A stretch of DNA of 49,351 bases, from the NCBI GenBank assembly GCA_035457505.1, contig DATIBL010000097.1, positions 1 to 49,351 of the forward strand. Direction: 5' to 3'. Of the stretch, positions 41,419 to 49,351 are shown piece by piece (within the stretch, counting starts at the first letter, position 1; each line of letters begins with the position of its first letter). The position numbers and the translations under genes were made by a program. A model generated the notes under the pieces. The model did not search any database and was not told the origin of the DNA. It worked only from the letters and a program-made list of their open reading frames with translations. The DNA is from Minisyncoccota bacterium (GTDB lineage: Bacteria; Patescibacteriota; Minisyncoccia; Phycocordibacterales; UBA6899).

Positions 41419-43101
41419 ATGCATGAGCCGTTCCAGGGCCGGTATTCTTCGCTGTTGAGCCGGCTTTTGCTTGCGCGGGGGATTGCGGATGTCGAGAGCG
41501 CTGAGCGATTCTTGCATCCCGACTATGCGCGCGATATCGGCGATCCGTTCGGGATCATGGGGATGGAGAGAGCCGTCGAGCGGATTCTTCGCGCGATCAC
41601 GGATCGCGAATCCATCGTCATCTTCGGTGATTATGATTGCGACGGCATTCCGGGATCGGTTGTGCTGCACGATCTCTTTAAGAAGATCGGCTACGATCGT
41701 GTTCGGAACTATATTCCGCATCGGCATCACGAAGGCTACGGACTCAACGCTGCGGCGGTCGAGGGTTTCGGCAAAGACGGTGTCACGCTTCTTATCACTG
41801 TCGATTGCGGGATCACCGACGTCGAAGAGGTTGCGCTTGCGAATACGCTCGGGATCGACGTGATCGTCACGGACCACCATCTTCCTCAGGCAGTACTCCC
41901 TCCTGCGTATGTGATTTTGAACTCCAAACAAGAGGACGACACCTATCACGATGACATGCTCTGCGGAGCCGCTGTTGCGTGGAAGCTCGCGAGCGCGATC
42001 CTCGCGCGCGGAAAGTTTGAGCATATTCCGGAAGGGTGGGAAAAATGGCTGCTCGACATGGCAGGGCTCTCGACGGTAGCGGACATGGTGCCGCTCGTTC
42101 GCGAAAATCGCGCGATCGCACACTTTGGACTCACGGTCCTTCGCCGCTCTCGCCGTCCGGGGCTTGCGGCATTGCTTGCGAAGGCGCGGACCGATCAGCG
42201 CGGACTCACGGAGGATGACATCGGATTTACGATCGCGCCGCGCATCAATGCGGCAAGCCGGATGGATATTCCGATGAATGCATTTCTGATGCTCTCGAGC
42301 GGCGATCCTGCGGAAGCGACAGCGCTCGCGCATCGTCTCCATGCGCTCAACGATGAACGCAAGGCCCTTGTTGCGCGGATCATGAAGGAGGCGCGCGGAA
42401 GACTCGCCGAGCGAGAGGAGATTCCGCCGGTGCTCGTGATCGGCTCGCCGTCGTGGCCCGTCGGCGTCGTCGGGATCGTGGCGAATCAGCTTGCGGAAGC
42501 CTTCGAGCGTCCGACGTTCGTGTGGGGGAAAGAAGGCACAGAGAAGGCAAAGGGATCGTGCCGCTCTGACGGAACGGTAAATATCGTGGAGCTCATGCTT
42601 GCTGCGGAAGATGGCGTATTTGCCGACCGCGGAGGGCACGAATTCTCCGGCGGATTTTCCCTCGCCCCTGATGGCGTCCATCACCTTGAGGCTGTGCTTG
42701 TTTCTGCACTCGAGCGGGTACCCAGAAAGGCGTGGAACGCTGGCGCGCGCGAGCCAGACGCCGAGCTTTCGATCGCTGATGTGAATTGGCAGACCTATCG
42801 CGAGATCGCGCAGCTTGCGCCGTTTGGAGTCGGGAATCCGAAGCCGCTCTTCGCGTTTCCCGATGCGATCGTTCGGAGTGTCGCTTCGTTCGGGAAGGCC
42901 GGCGATCATACGCGGCTCGCGCTTGAGGGGGTCGGAGGAGCGAAGGCGGAGGCGATCGGATTCTTTATGACTCCCGACGATCTCGGTCTTGCCGACGTCG
43001 AGACCCCGCGACCATTCCGGGTGACCGGACATCTTGAGGCCAGCACCTTCCGCGGCCGCCCGGAGCTCCGCATTCGCATTGCCGATGGTTCGCGACGGTG
43101 A
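41419..43101 (+). CDS. recJ: single-stranded-DNA-specific exonuclease RecJ
   Basis: DHH family motifs are present: IFGDYDCDGI, ITVDCG and VTDHH, plus the DHHA1 motif GGHEFSGGF. The ATG at 41419 is preferred over the GTG at 41401. Confidence 0.9.
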   Translation: MHEPFQGRYSSLLSRLLLARGIADVESAERFLHPDYARDIGDPFGIMGMERAVERILRAITDRESIVIFGDYDCDGIPGSVVLHDLFKKIGYDRVRNYIPHRHHEGYGLNAAAVEGFGKDGVTLLITVDCGITDVEEVALANTLGIDVIVTDHHLPQAVLPPAYVILNSKQEDDTYHDDMLCGAAVAWKLASAILARGKFEHIPEGWEKWLLDMAGLSTVADMVPLVRENRAIAHFGLTVLRRSRRPGLAALLAKARTDQRGLTEDDIGFTIAPRINAASRMDIPMNAFLMLSSGDPAEATALAHRLHALNDERKALVARIMKEARGRLAEREEIPPVLVIGSPSWPVGVVGIVANQLAEAFERPTFVWGKEGTEKAKGSCRSDGTVNIVELMLAAEDGVFADRGGHEFSGGFSLAPDGVHHLEAVLVSALERVPRKAWNAGAREPDAELSIADVNWQTYREIAQLAPFGVGNPKPLFAFPDAIVRSVASFGKAGDHTRLALEGVGGAKAEAIGFFMTPDDLGLADVETPRPFRVTGHLEASTFRGRPELRIRIADGSRR

Positions 43102-43167
43102 TGGTCCGCTTCGGATGCTTCGCAGGTCAATGCCCGCGTGCTAGCATAATTTCATTCTTCTCTTGAT

Positions 43168-43905
43168 ATGCCGCTCGAAAAACACATTGCGTTTTGTGAT
43201 GGCAGCTCGCTCGGAAATCCTGGTCCGGGAGGGTGGGGCGCGCTTCTCGTGCGTATGTCTGGCCGCGTCGCCGAAATGGGCGGCGGAGAAAAACGCACGA
43301 CGAACAATCGCATGGAGCTCACGGCTGCGATCGAGATTTTCCGCGCGATCGCGGATGAGTCGGGCGATCTCGCGATCCACACGGATTCCTCCTATGTACT
43401 GAACGGCGCAACGAAGTGGGCACGGGGATGGGAGCGGAATGGCTGGATGACTGCTGCAAAGGAACCGGTCGCGAATGATGATCTTTGGAAATTGCTCCTT
43501 CGTCTTGCCGATGAGCGAAAAAAGTTCGGGGCAGTTGCGTGGATAAAGGTCCCCGGACACTCGGGCGTCATCGGCAATGAGCGCGCAGACGTGATCGCGA
43601 CGACATTTGCGGCGGGAGAGACGCCGGAACTCTATGACGGAGAGATCGGCGACTATGCCTATGACGTACTTGCGATCGCTGCGGACCCTGCGCTTGAGCA
43701 GAGCCGGAGTGCCGCCAAATCGCGCTCCCGCGCGAAAGCCTATTCCTACGTGAGCATGGTGGGCAAAGACGTGCGTTTTCATCAGACCTGGGGCGAATGC
43801 GAAGCGCGCGTGAAAGGCGTCGCGGGTGCAAAATATCAAAAGGCGTTCTCGCCCGCCGACGAAGCCGCGATCGTCAAAAAGTGGGGCGGACAGAGTTCGC
43901 GATGA
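43168..43905 (+). CDS. rnhA: ribonuclease HI with a C-terminal hybrid-binding (RNase H1 HBD / viroplasmin-like) domain
   Basis: The catalytic core has CDGSSLGNPGPGGWG (D), NNRMELTA (E), IHTDSSYV (D) and GHSGVIGNERAD (H, D). Residues ~191-239, YSYVSMVGKDVRFHQTWGECEARVKGVAGAKYQKAFSPADEAAIVKKW, fit the fYaV..G..pGIy..W.e....v.G..ga.yK.F....eA pattern. Confidence 0.88.
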   Translation: MPLEKHIAFCDGSSLGNPGPGGWGALLVRMSGRVAEMGGGEKRTTNNRMELTAAIEIFRAIADESGDLAIHTDSSYVLNGATKWARGWERNGWMTAAKEPVANDDLWKLLLRLADERKKFGAVAWIKVPGHSGVIGNERADVIATTFAAGETPELYDGEIGDYAYDVLAIAADPALEQSRSAAKSRSRAKAYSYVSMVGKDVRFHQTWGECEARVKGVAGAKYQKAFSPADEAAIVKKWGGQSSR

Positions 43906-45431
43906 TGCATACGCCTTCGATATTTCTGATCGCACCTGCGCTTGCGCTCGGAATCATCGGGGGTGTTGTTTCGGCTCACGCGAGCGCGTTCGGTGTGGCC
44001 CTCGCAGCGCTCTATGGGCTTTTGGGTGTTGCGCTTGCCCTGCTCGCTGTTGTCTCTCGCGATGCAATGTTTCGTGCGCGCGGACTTCTTCTTGCTGTCG
44101 CACTTCTCTCTGCTGGGATCGGCGCGCTCAGATTTGTTGCCGACGATACTCCCGCGCATCCCGCGCTTGCGCGCGCGGTCGGGAGTGCGGTGATCGTCGA
44201 AGGTGTTGTTGTCGAAGATCCGGACCGGCGGGCTGACGTTGCGTATCTTATCGTCGCTGCAGAATCGCTTCGCGAGAGCGGCGGCGCGGTGGCGGCGTCT
44301 GGTCGGATCCGCGTGAGCGTTCCGCGATATCCGGAATATCGCTACGGCGATCGGCTTCGCATCAAAGGGACGCTCGAAAAGCCGGAGGCATTTCTCGACG
44401 AGGCGACAGGGCGCATGATCGCGTTTGATCGCATGCTGCGCGCACAAGACATCCGCTTTGCGCTCCGTGCCGCGGATGTTGTCCGAATCGCAGCGGACGC
44501 GGGGAACCCGATCGTCGCGGTGCTTTCGGATACGAAACATGCACTGCTTCTGCGCACCGCGCGCGTGATCGACGAGCCGGCGTTCGCGTTTCTTGCCGGG
44601 GTGACGCTCGGAGAGAAGGGCGGACTCGGGAATGCATGGCGGGAGCGATTTGCGCGGACTGGCCTCTCGCATGTGGTCGTCCTCTCCGGATACAACATGA
44701 CGATCGTGGCGGATTGGATCGGAAAGGCGCTCGCATGGGCATGGCCGTCGGTCCGCATTTCCGGAGGTATCACCGCGATCGCGCTTTTTGCTGTGATGGC
44801 CGGCGGCGGCGCTGCGACGGTCCGTGCGGCGATCATGGCAGCCATCGTGCTTGTCGCTCGAACACGCGGGAAAGAAGATGTCGCGACTCGCGCGCTCCTC
44901 TACGCTGCGGCTGCAATGGTGCTCGTTTCCCCGCGGATCGCGCTCGACGATCTCGGGTTCCAGCTCTCCTTCCTTGCATCGCTCGGATTGATCCATCTCG
45001 CGGGACCGCTCGAGCAATTGCTTTCGTCCATCCGGCTGCGATGGATCCGCGAGGTTGCGGCAACGACGCTCGCTGCGCAAATTGCGGTGCTGCCGCTCAT
45101 CCTCGGGAAGATGGGAATCTTTTCTCTGATCGCGCCGATCGCGAACATTGCCGTGCTTCCATTCATCCCGTTCGCAATGATAGCGACGTTTGCAACAGCG
45201 CTCTGTGCGTTCCTCGTGCCGCCGCTTGCGTTCGTTCCGGCGCTGGTGGCACAAACGCTCGCGGAGGGGATGCTCGCGCTCGTGTCGCTGTTTTCCGCGC
45301 TCCCATTTGCTGCGGTCCGTGTTCCCGAGATTCCGAGCGCACTCGTTGCGATCTTCTCCGCGGGGCTTTGTGTTGCGGTTATCCGCGCGGGGTCTCGCGT
45401 TCGATCTCGGCAAGCACCTCGTTCGAATTGA
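43902..45431 (+). CDS. comEC: ComEC/Rec2 family DNA internalisation channel (short form)
   Basis: 509 aa from the ATG at 43902, which overlaps the rnhA stop (ATGA). It is a polytopic membrane protein with ComEC-like FLAGVTLGEKGGL, GLSHVVVLSGYNMTIV and FQLSFLASLGLI motifs. No C-terminal metallo-beta-lactamase domain is present. Confidence 0.8.
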   Translation: MMHTPSIFLIAPALALGIIGGVVSAHASAFGVALAALYGLLGVALALLAVVSRDAMFRARGLLLAVALLSAGIGALRFVADDTPAHPALARAVGSAVIVEGVVVEDPDRRADVAYLIVAAESLRESGGAVAASGRIRVSVPRYPEYRYGDRLRIKGTLEKPEAFLDEATGRMIAFDRMLRAQDIRFALRAADVVRIAADAGNPIVAVLSDTKHALLLRTARVIDEPAFAFLAGVTLGEKGGLGNAWRERFARTGLSHVVVLSGYNMTIVADWIGKALAWAWPSVRISGGITAIALFAVMAGGGAATVRAAIMAAIVLVARTRGKEDVATRALLYAAAAMVLVSPRIALDDLGFQLSFLASLGLIHLAGPLEQLLSSIRLRWIREVAATTLAAQIAVLPLILGKMGIFSLIAPIANIAVLPFIPFAMIATFATALCAFLVPPLAFVPALVAQTLAEGMLALVSLFSALPFAAVRVPEIPSALVAIFSAGLCVAVIRAGSRVRSRQAPRSN

Positions 45432-45975
45432 GTGCGCGCCAGAAGAGCGTCACGACGACCAGTGCGACCAGGGCGAGGATGACGCCGTAGGATCCCCAGA
45501 GATGTGCGGAGCGTCCGAAGACGAAGCCGATCGCGATGAACGCCCACGACCAGATCCACGATGCGGCGAACATGAGGGAGGCGAAGAGTCCGCGGTGCAT
45601 TTTTCCGATCGCCGCCGGGATCGGGACAAACACCTTGATCGCCGGGAGCAATTTTCCAATAAACACGAACCAGGGGCCTTTTTTGCGGAATACGATCTCA
45701 ACCTTTCGGAGATCTTCGGGGCGGAAGATGCGGAAGCGCTCAAGATAACGGACGCCATGCGAGCGGACTGCTTCGTACATGAGGATGTTGCCGATGGTAT
45801 TGCCAGCCGCGCCCGCAAGCGACGCAGGGAAGAAGGCGAGCGTTCCGGTCGAGATAAAATATCCGACGATGATATAGAGAATCTGACTCGACGGAACGGA
45901 AAGAAATCCGTTCGAGATCATGAGGCCAAAAATGCCCGCATAGCTCGCGCCCTGAATGATCGCCTCGATATCCAT
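45379..45975 (-). CDS. DedA family membrane protein
   Basis: 198 aa from the ATG at 45975. It contains YAGIFGLMISNGFLSVPSSQILYIIVGY and GKLLPAIKVFVPIPAAIGKM, the typical DedA/SNARE-associated pattern. The 3' end overlaps the comEC 3' end convergently. Confidence 0.8.
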   Translation of the reverse strand: MDIEAIIQGASYAGIFGLMISNGFLSVPSSQILYIIVGYFISTGTLAFFPASLAGAAGNTIGNILMYEAVRSHGVRYLERFRIFRPEDLRKVEIVFRKKGPWFVFIGKLLPAIKVFVPIPAAIGKMHRGLFASLMFAASWIWSWAFIAIGFVFGRSAHLWGSYGVILALVALVVVTLFWRALNSNEVLAEIERETPRG

Positions 45976-46106
45976 CTGGGCAGCATACCATGCACATGGT
46001 GCATTTACAGAACGGGAGATCTCTTGCGTAACTGATGTGCGCTTGTCACGAAGAAGCTCGGCGCTATCATGGAAAATGGAACAGTCCTTCCTGAAAGGAA
46101 TATCAC

Positions 46107-46802
46107 ATGAAACCGGGACTTCTGACTGGCGACCGTTCATGGTTCCTGGTCGCACGCTGGGCCATGGTCAACCTGCTCGGTCTCGCTTTCGCCTTTCTTG
46201 CGTGGAAGGCGGGATGGGCGGCAATCGTCATCGCGAGCGACACGCTCTATATTTCGCGCTTCATTGCGGTGCTCTTCGTGGTCGGACTGATCGTCTCGCT
46301 GTGGCGGGCGCTCCAGGTCTCGCGCGAACTCAACATCGTGCGCTCCTTCATGGAGAAACTCGCGAGCGATCATGAGCAGGCCTTCGCCTGGCTCTCCGGC
46401 ACGCGCTCACGAGTCGCGCTTCTTGTTGCGGATTACGCACAAGCGCTTCCGGAAGATCGTGCAACGGTCGTGAACATCATCAACGAAACGATCGGCGTGA
46501 AGACGATCTTTGTGCCATTCGTGGCTGCGTCTCTCACGATGCTCGGCCTTCTTGGAACGGTCGTTGGCGCGAAGATCGCATTCGGAGTCATTGATCCGCA
46601 GCTCATCACGGATGTCGCGAAGTCGGTTCCGATGATCGGGCGGATCGTCTCGGGCCTCGCGATCGCGATCGACACCACGATCGTCGGTTCGATCGGCTGG
46701 TTCTGGATCGTCTGGGTCAACTATCCGGTCCGGAATTCTTCGGCGCAGCTTGCGACGGAAATCAAACGCGCGGGGGTCTATTATGTTCGACATCTTCGAT
46801 AA
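46107..46802 (+). CDS. MotA/TolQ/ExbB-family proton-channel protein
   Basis: 231 aa, with an AAAGGA RBS. It has TM helices and the family core LTMLGLLGTVVGAKIAF...VSGLAIAIDTTIVGSIG, where Thr residues sit at the positions of the TolQ/ExbB channel threonines. Confidence 0.75.
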   Translation: MKPGLLTGDRSWFLVARWAMVNLLGLAFAFLAWKAGWAAIVIASDTLYISRFIAVLFVVGLIVSLWRALQVSRELNIVRSFMEKLASDHEQAFAWLSGTRSRVALLVADYAQALPEDRATVVNIINETIGVKTIFVPFVAASLTMLGLLGTVVGAKIAFGVIDPQLITDVAKSVPMIGRIVSGLAIAIDTTIVGSIGWFWIVWVNYPVRNSSAQLATEIKRAGVYYVRHLR

Positions 46803-47439
46803 CAGCGAGGAGACGCTTGGTCTCGATACCGCGAACCGAGATTTCCCCTGGCTGCTCTTTCTGTCTTTCTTTGCGCTCTTTGTGATCCTGCTTATCCTGA
46901 TCCGTCCGGATGTGCCGGCAACGGACGACCGCCTCTCGCTGCTTCCGGGCCGCGTGTGTGCGGAGATCCGCTGGAGCGATACAGAGAACATCGATATCGA
47001 TCTCTGGACGCAGGCGCCCTTGGACGAGCGTCCGGTCGGCTACAATCATGCAGCCGACAAGATCTCGAGCTTGATGCGCGATGATCGTGGTAAAGAGGAG
47101 GGACTCTCTCCGCTTAACTACGAGATCAACTGCACGCAGGGCCTCCCGTCCGGCGAGTACACGTTCAACGTCCAGTACTACAAGGACCATCAGCTGCGAA
47201 ATCCGGTTCCGCCCGTTGCGGTCGACGTGACGATCACGGTGCATCCGCCGGAGGGAGCGTCGATAAAAATGACCGAGACCATCACGCTTGCCGAAGAGGG
47301 CGAGGAAATCACGGTTCGGCGCTTTGCGACGGACTCGTCAGGCAAGGTCATCGATGGTTCGGTAACCAAGCTCTTTCGGAAGCTCTCAAGCGCGATCAAG
47401 TTCACGCCCGGTGCAGTCAACGGGTACGACGGGTTCTAA
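46783..47439 (+). CDS. single-pass membrane protein with an Asp-headed TM helix (MotB/ExbD/TolR-like anchor) and a YfaP/DUF2135-like beta-sandwich domain
   Basis: 218 aa, overlapping the upstream gene by 20 nt. NRD-FPWLLFLSFFALFVILLILI places an Asp at the cytoplasmic edge of the TM helix. The extracytoplasmic part has IRWSDTENIDIDLWTQAP...GEYTFNVQYY, reminiscent of the DxDLhv...G.Y.v.v.yy pattern. This is motif-level inference. Confidence 0.55.
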   Translation: MFDIFDNSEETLGLDTANRDFPWLLFLSFFALFVILLILIRPDVPATDDRLSLLPGRVCAEIRWSDTENIDIDLWTQAPLDERPVGYNHAADKISSLMRDDRGKEEGLSPLNYEINCTQGLPSGEYTFNVQYYKDHQLRNPVPPVAVDVTITVHPPEGASIKMTETITLAEEGEEITVRRFATDSSGKVIDGSVTKLFRKLSSAIKFTPGAVNGYDGF

Positions 47440-47448
47440 GGAGGCATC

Positions 47449-48054
47449 ATGGAATCGATCCAAATCTACTTCCTGCTCGCCGCGCTACTGGTCATCGTGT
47501 CGGCCGGCGTGGCCGCATGGTCGCGCCGCCGCTGGCACTGGAAAGCACTCGCGCTCCTCTCCGCCGCATGCTTCATTCCGATCGTGTGGGTGGCCTTCGA
47601 CGACTTGCTCTCTCATCCGAAGCCGATCGCGTATGATGACTTCGAGGCGGAGTATCTCCCGAATGCGACGGTTCGCATACCAGTGCTCTTCGGCGAGGTT
47701 CGCGACGGAGTCGGCATTTATGTCCTCGTGCGTCTGCCGAGCTCGCCCGAGCCGCGCTACTTCCTCTTCGCATGGAACAACCAGCTTGCGGAAGAACTCG
47801 AGGAGGGGCTCCGTCAGAAACGCCGTGCCAAGCAGGGCGGCGAACTGGAACTTCGTCGCAGGGGATCCGGGCAGCCAGGGACTGAGAAGGATGGCCAGGA
47901 AGGGGGAACCGAGAAGAACTGGTCGAACGAGCGCTTTAGCGTGAATCCGACCCCGCCCCTTCCGCCGAAGGACCCTGCCGCAGAAGAGTATGCGCCACCT
48001 CCTCCTCCGTCACCGGTGCCGGCGCCGCCCGCGCCTGGCCGCATCCAAACATGA
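47449..48054 (+). CDS. two-TM membrane protein with a Pro-rich C-terminal tail
   Basis: 201 aa. The TAAGGAGG RBS overlaps the preceding stop. The TM segments are IYFLLAALLVIVSAGVAAW and ALALLSAACFIPIVWVAF. The tail reads PTPPLPPKDPAAEEYAPPPPPSPVPAPPAPG. Confidence 0.6.
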   Translation: MESIQIYFLLAALLVIVSAGVAAWSRRRWHWKALALLSAACFIPIVWVAFDDLLSHPKPIAYDDFEAEYLPNATVRIPVLFGEVRDGVGIYVLVRLPSSPEPRYFLFAWNNQLAEELEEGLRQKRRAKQGGELELRRRGSGQPGTEKDGQEGGTEKNWSNERFSVNPTPPLPPKDPAAEEYAPPPPPSPVPAPPAPGRIQT

Positions 48055-48066
48055 GAGATATGCTCC

Positions 48067-48097
48067 ACCCGCTTCGAAGGAAGCGGGTTTTCATTTT
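48067..48097 (+). terminator. rho-independent terminator closing the three-gene operon
   Basis: ACCCGCTTC (48067-48075) pairs with GAAGCGGGT (48080-48088) around a 4-nt loop, followed by TTTCATTTT. Confidence 0.75.
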
Positions 48098-48168
48098 CCG
48101 ATTCTTTACACGGCTGGCTTCGGCACATACGATGGCCGAGGAGCCGTTCTTCTGCAATGGAGCGTGTC

Positions 48169-49351
48169 ATGAAGAGACCAAAGCGTCACTTGTCGTTTGG
48201 GCTCGCGATCGCGCTCCTCGCGCTCGCAGTCTTCGTTCCGCAGTTTCTGCGATCATCCTTTCCGGACCTGACGCTCGGGAGTCCCGATGTTTCGGCGCCG
48301 ACTGATCTTTCACGTTATGACGATGAAACTGCGCGGAAGCTTCGGATCGGAGAAATGCTCGCGCCGCATCTTGAGCGCATCGAGCGCGAATATCTCGAGC
48401 ATTTCGACGAAGATGCGCTTCTTCGGAAAGCGATCTCAAGCCTGTATCGCCTCGACGATTTTTCGCGATTCTATACCAAGGAAGAATACGCCGCGCTGCG
48501 GCGTACCTCTGGAGGATATGCGATCGGGACGGGTCTCGCGATCGCTGCTGTGCGCGGCGCGTATGTGGTGACGGAGGTCGTCGATGGGAGCTCCGCGAAA
48601 CACCGCGGCGTCCGTGTCGGAGACCGTATCACTGTAATCATCGATGGGGGCGTCTTGCATTCGGCGGCAAGCCTGACCTATCCCGCTCTCATGAAGATCG
48701 TGCATCCGCCCGACGCCGCGGAAGGATCGCGCGTGCGAGTGGTCATGCTCGGAAAGAACGGCCGCCGCCGCGATGTGCTGCTCGAACGGACGCTCATCCC
48801 GGAGCGGACCGTCCACGATGCAAGCATCGATGTCGACGGGATCGCCTTTGTTCGGATCAGCCGCTTTGTCGGGGAGCGTGATCATGGATTCCCCAGCACT
48901 GCCGGCGAGCTTGAGCGTGCGCTGAGGCGGCTCATCCAGGACGGCCGCGTCCGCGCGCTCGTGGTGGATCTGCGCGGGAATGGTGGCGGAAATTTCACCG
49001 TCTCCATCTTGTGCGCCGATCTCGTTCTTGCCCGCGGAACGATCGTATCGACGCGCGGCAGGATCGACGGTGCGAATAGCCGCATCGACGCCGAACAGGA
49101 AGATGGTTTCCCTGGCGACATTCTGCGCGGTGCGCCGATCGCGATTCTCGCGGATCGGGATTCTGCCTCCGCGTCCGAAGTGTTCATTGGCGCACTTGTC
49201 GATGCCGATCCGAAGCGTGCCGTGCTCGTCGGCGAGCGCACCTACGGCAAAGGTGTTGCGCAGTCTTTCCGCGATCTTCCCGGAGGAGAAGGTGTAAAGA
49301 TGACGACGCATAAGTTCTTTTCTCCAAAAGGCCGTTCTCCGGAGAAGAAAG
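48169..49351 (+). CDS. S41 family C-terminal processing peptidase (Ctp/Prc-like), 3'-truncated by the window edge
   Basis: This gene is not in the ORF track because no stop falls inside the window. My own translation is open from the ATG at 48169 to the edge. It starts MKRPKRHLSFGLAIALLALAVFVP (signal/anchor). It has a PDZ-like segment VVDGSSAKHRGVRVGDRI, and S41 motifs VVDLRGNGGG, DRDSASASEVF (Ser) and GERTYGKGV (Lys). Confidence 0.85.
   Translation, partial: MKRPKRHLSFGLAIALLALAVFVPQFLRSSFPDLTLGSPDVSAPTDLSRYDDETARKLRIGEMLAPHLERIEREYLEHFDEDALLRKAISSLYRLDDFSRFYTKEEYAALRRTSGGYAIGTGLAIAAVRGAYVVTEVVDGSSAKHRGVRVGDRITVIIDGGVLHSAASLTYPALMKIVHPPDAAEGSRVRVVMLGKNGRRRDVLLERTLIPERTVHDASIDVDGIAFVRISRFVGERDHGFPSTAGELERALRRLIQDGRVRALVVDLRGNGGGNFTVSILCADLVLARGTIVSTRGRIDGANSRIDAEQEDGFPGDILRGAPIAILADRDSASASEVFIGALVDADPKRAVLVGERTYGKGVAQSFRDLPGGEGVKMTTHKFFSPKGRSPEKK

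Noticed and set aside
1-49351. Alternative genetic code (UGA recoding, as in some CPR lineages)
   Set aside because: Well-conserved genes terminate at TGA at the expected length (for example pilin 1 and rnhA), and no conserved gene shows in-frame TGA. The standard code fits.

Overview
This is a 49.4-kb, fairly GC-rich, gene-dense bacterial window using the standard genetic code (TGA, TAA and TAG all act as stops). I support about 46 CDS, one tRNA-Gly(UCC), and many clear rho-independent terminators. There is no rRNA, CRISPR array, transposase or integrase.

Gene content falls into three groups:
- Housekeeping genes: PMM/PGM, HU, rny, clpP, rpoD-like sigma, tig, ppa, nusA, tpiA, pgk, a Cys/Met PLP enzyme, HIT, recJ, rnhA.
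- A dispersed type IV pilus / DNA-uptake set: two tandem pilins at 124-1124, pilB, pilC, three minor pseudopilins, two roughly 600-aa PilX-like proteins, and comEC.
- Accessory genes: a 1361-aa secreted repeat protein, two SF2 helicases, a tandem antitoxin-like protein, and several hypotheticals.

The mix (RNase Y, a trigger factor without a PPIase domain, pilus genes, giant surface proteins, many orphan ORFs) suggests a Patescibacteria/CPR-like or other monoderm lineage. That is inference only.

The observations most worth a second look are:
1. A self-contained three-gene MotA/ExbB-type ion-channel operon with non-canonical partners (46107-48054).
2. A 58-bp inverted-repeat pair bracketing the 8.2-kb pilC-to-PilX segment, with a lower-GC two-gene cassette splitting pilB from pilC.
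3. A seven-fold Cys-pair repeat (putative propeller) inside the giant secreted protein.
4. A helicase with five C-terminal ~55-aa tandem repeats.
5. A cluster of tRNA-Gly end fragments just downstream of the tRNA.

Many long Arg-rich ORFs in the six-frame track are antisense shadows of real genes and were rejected.
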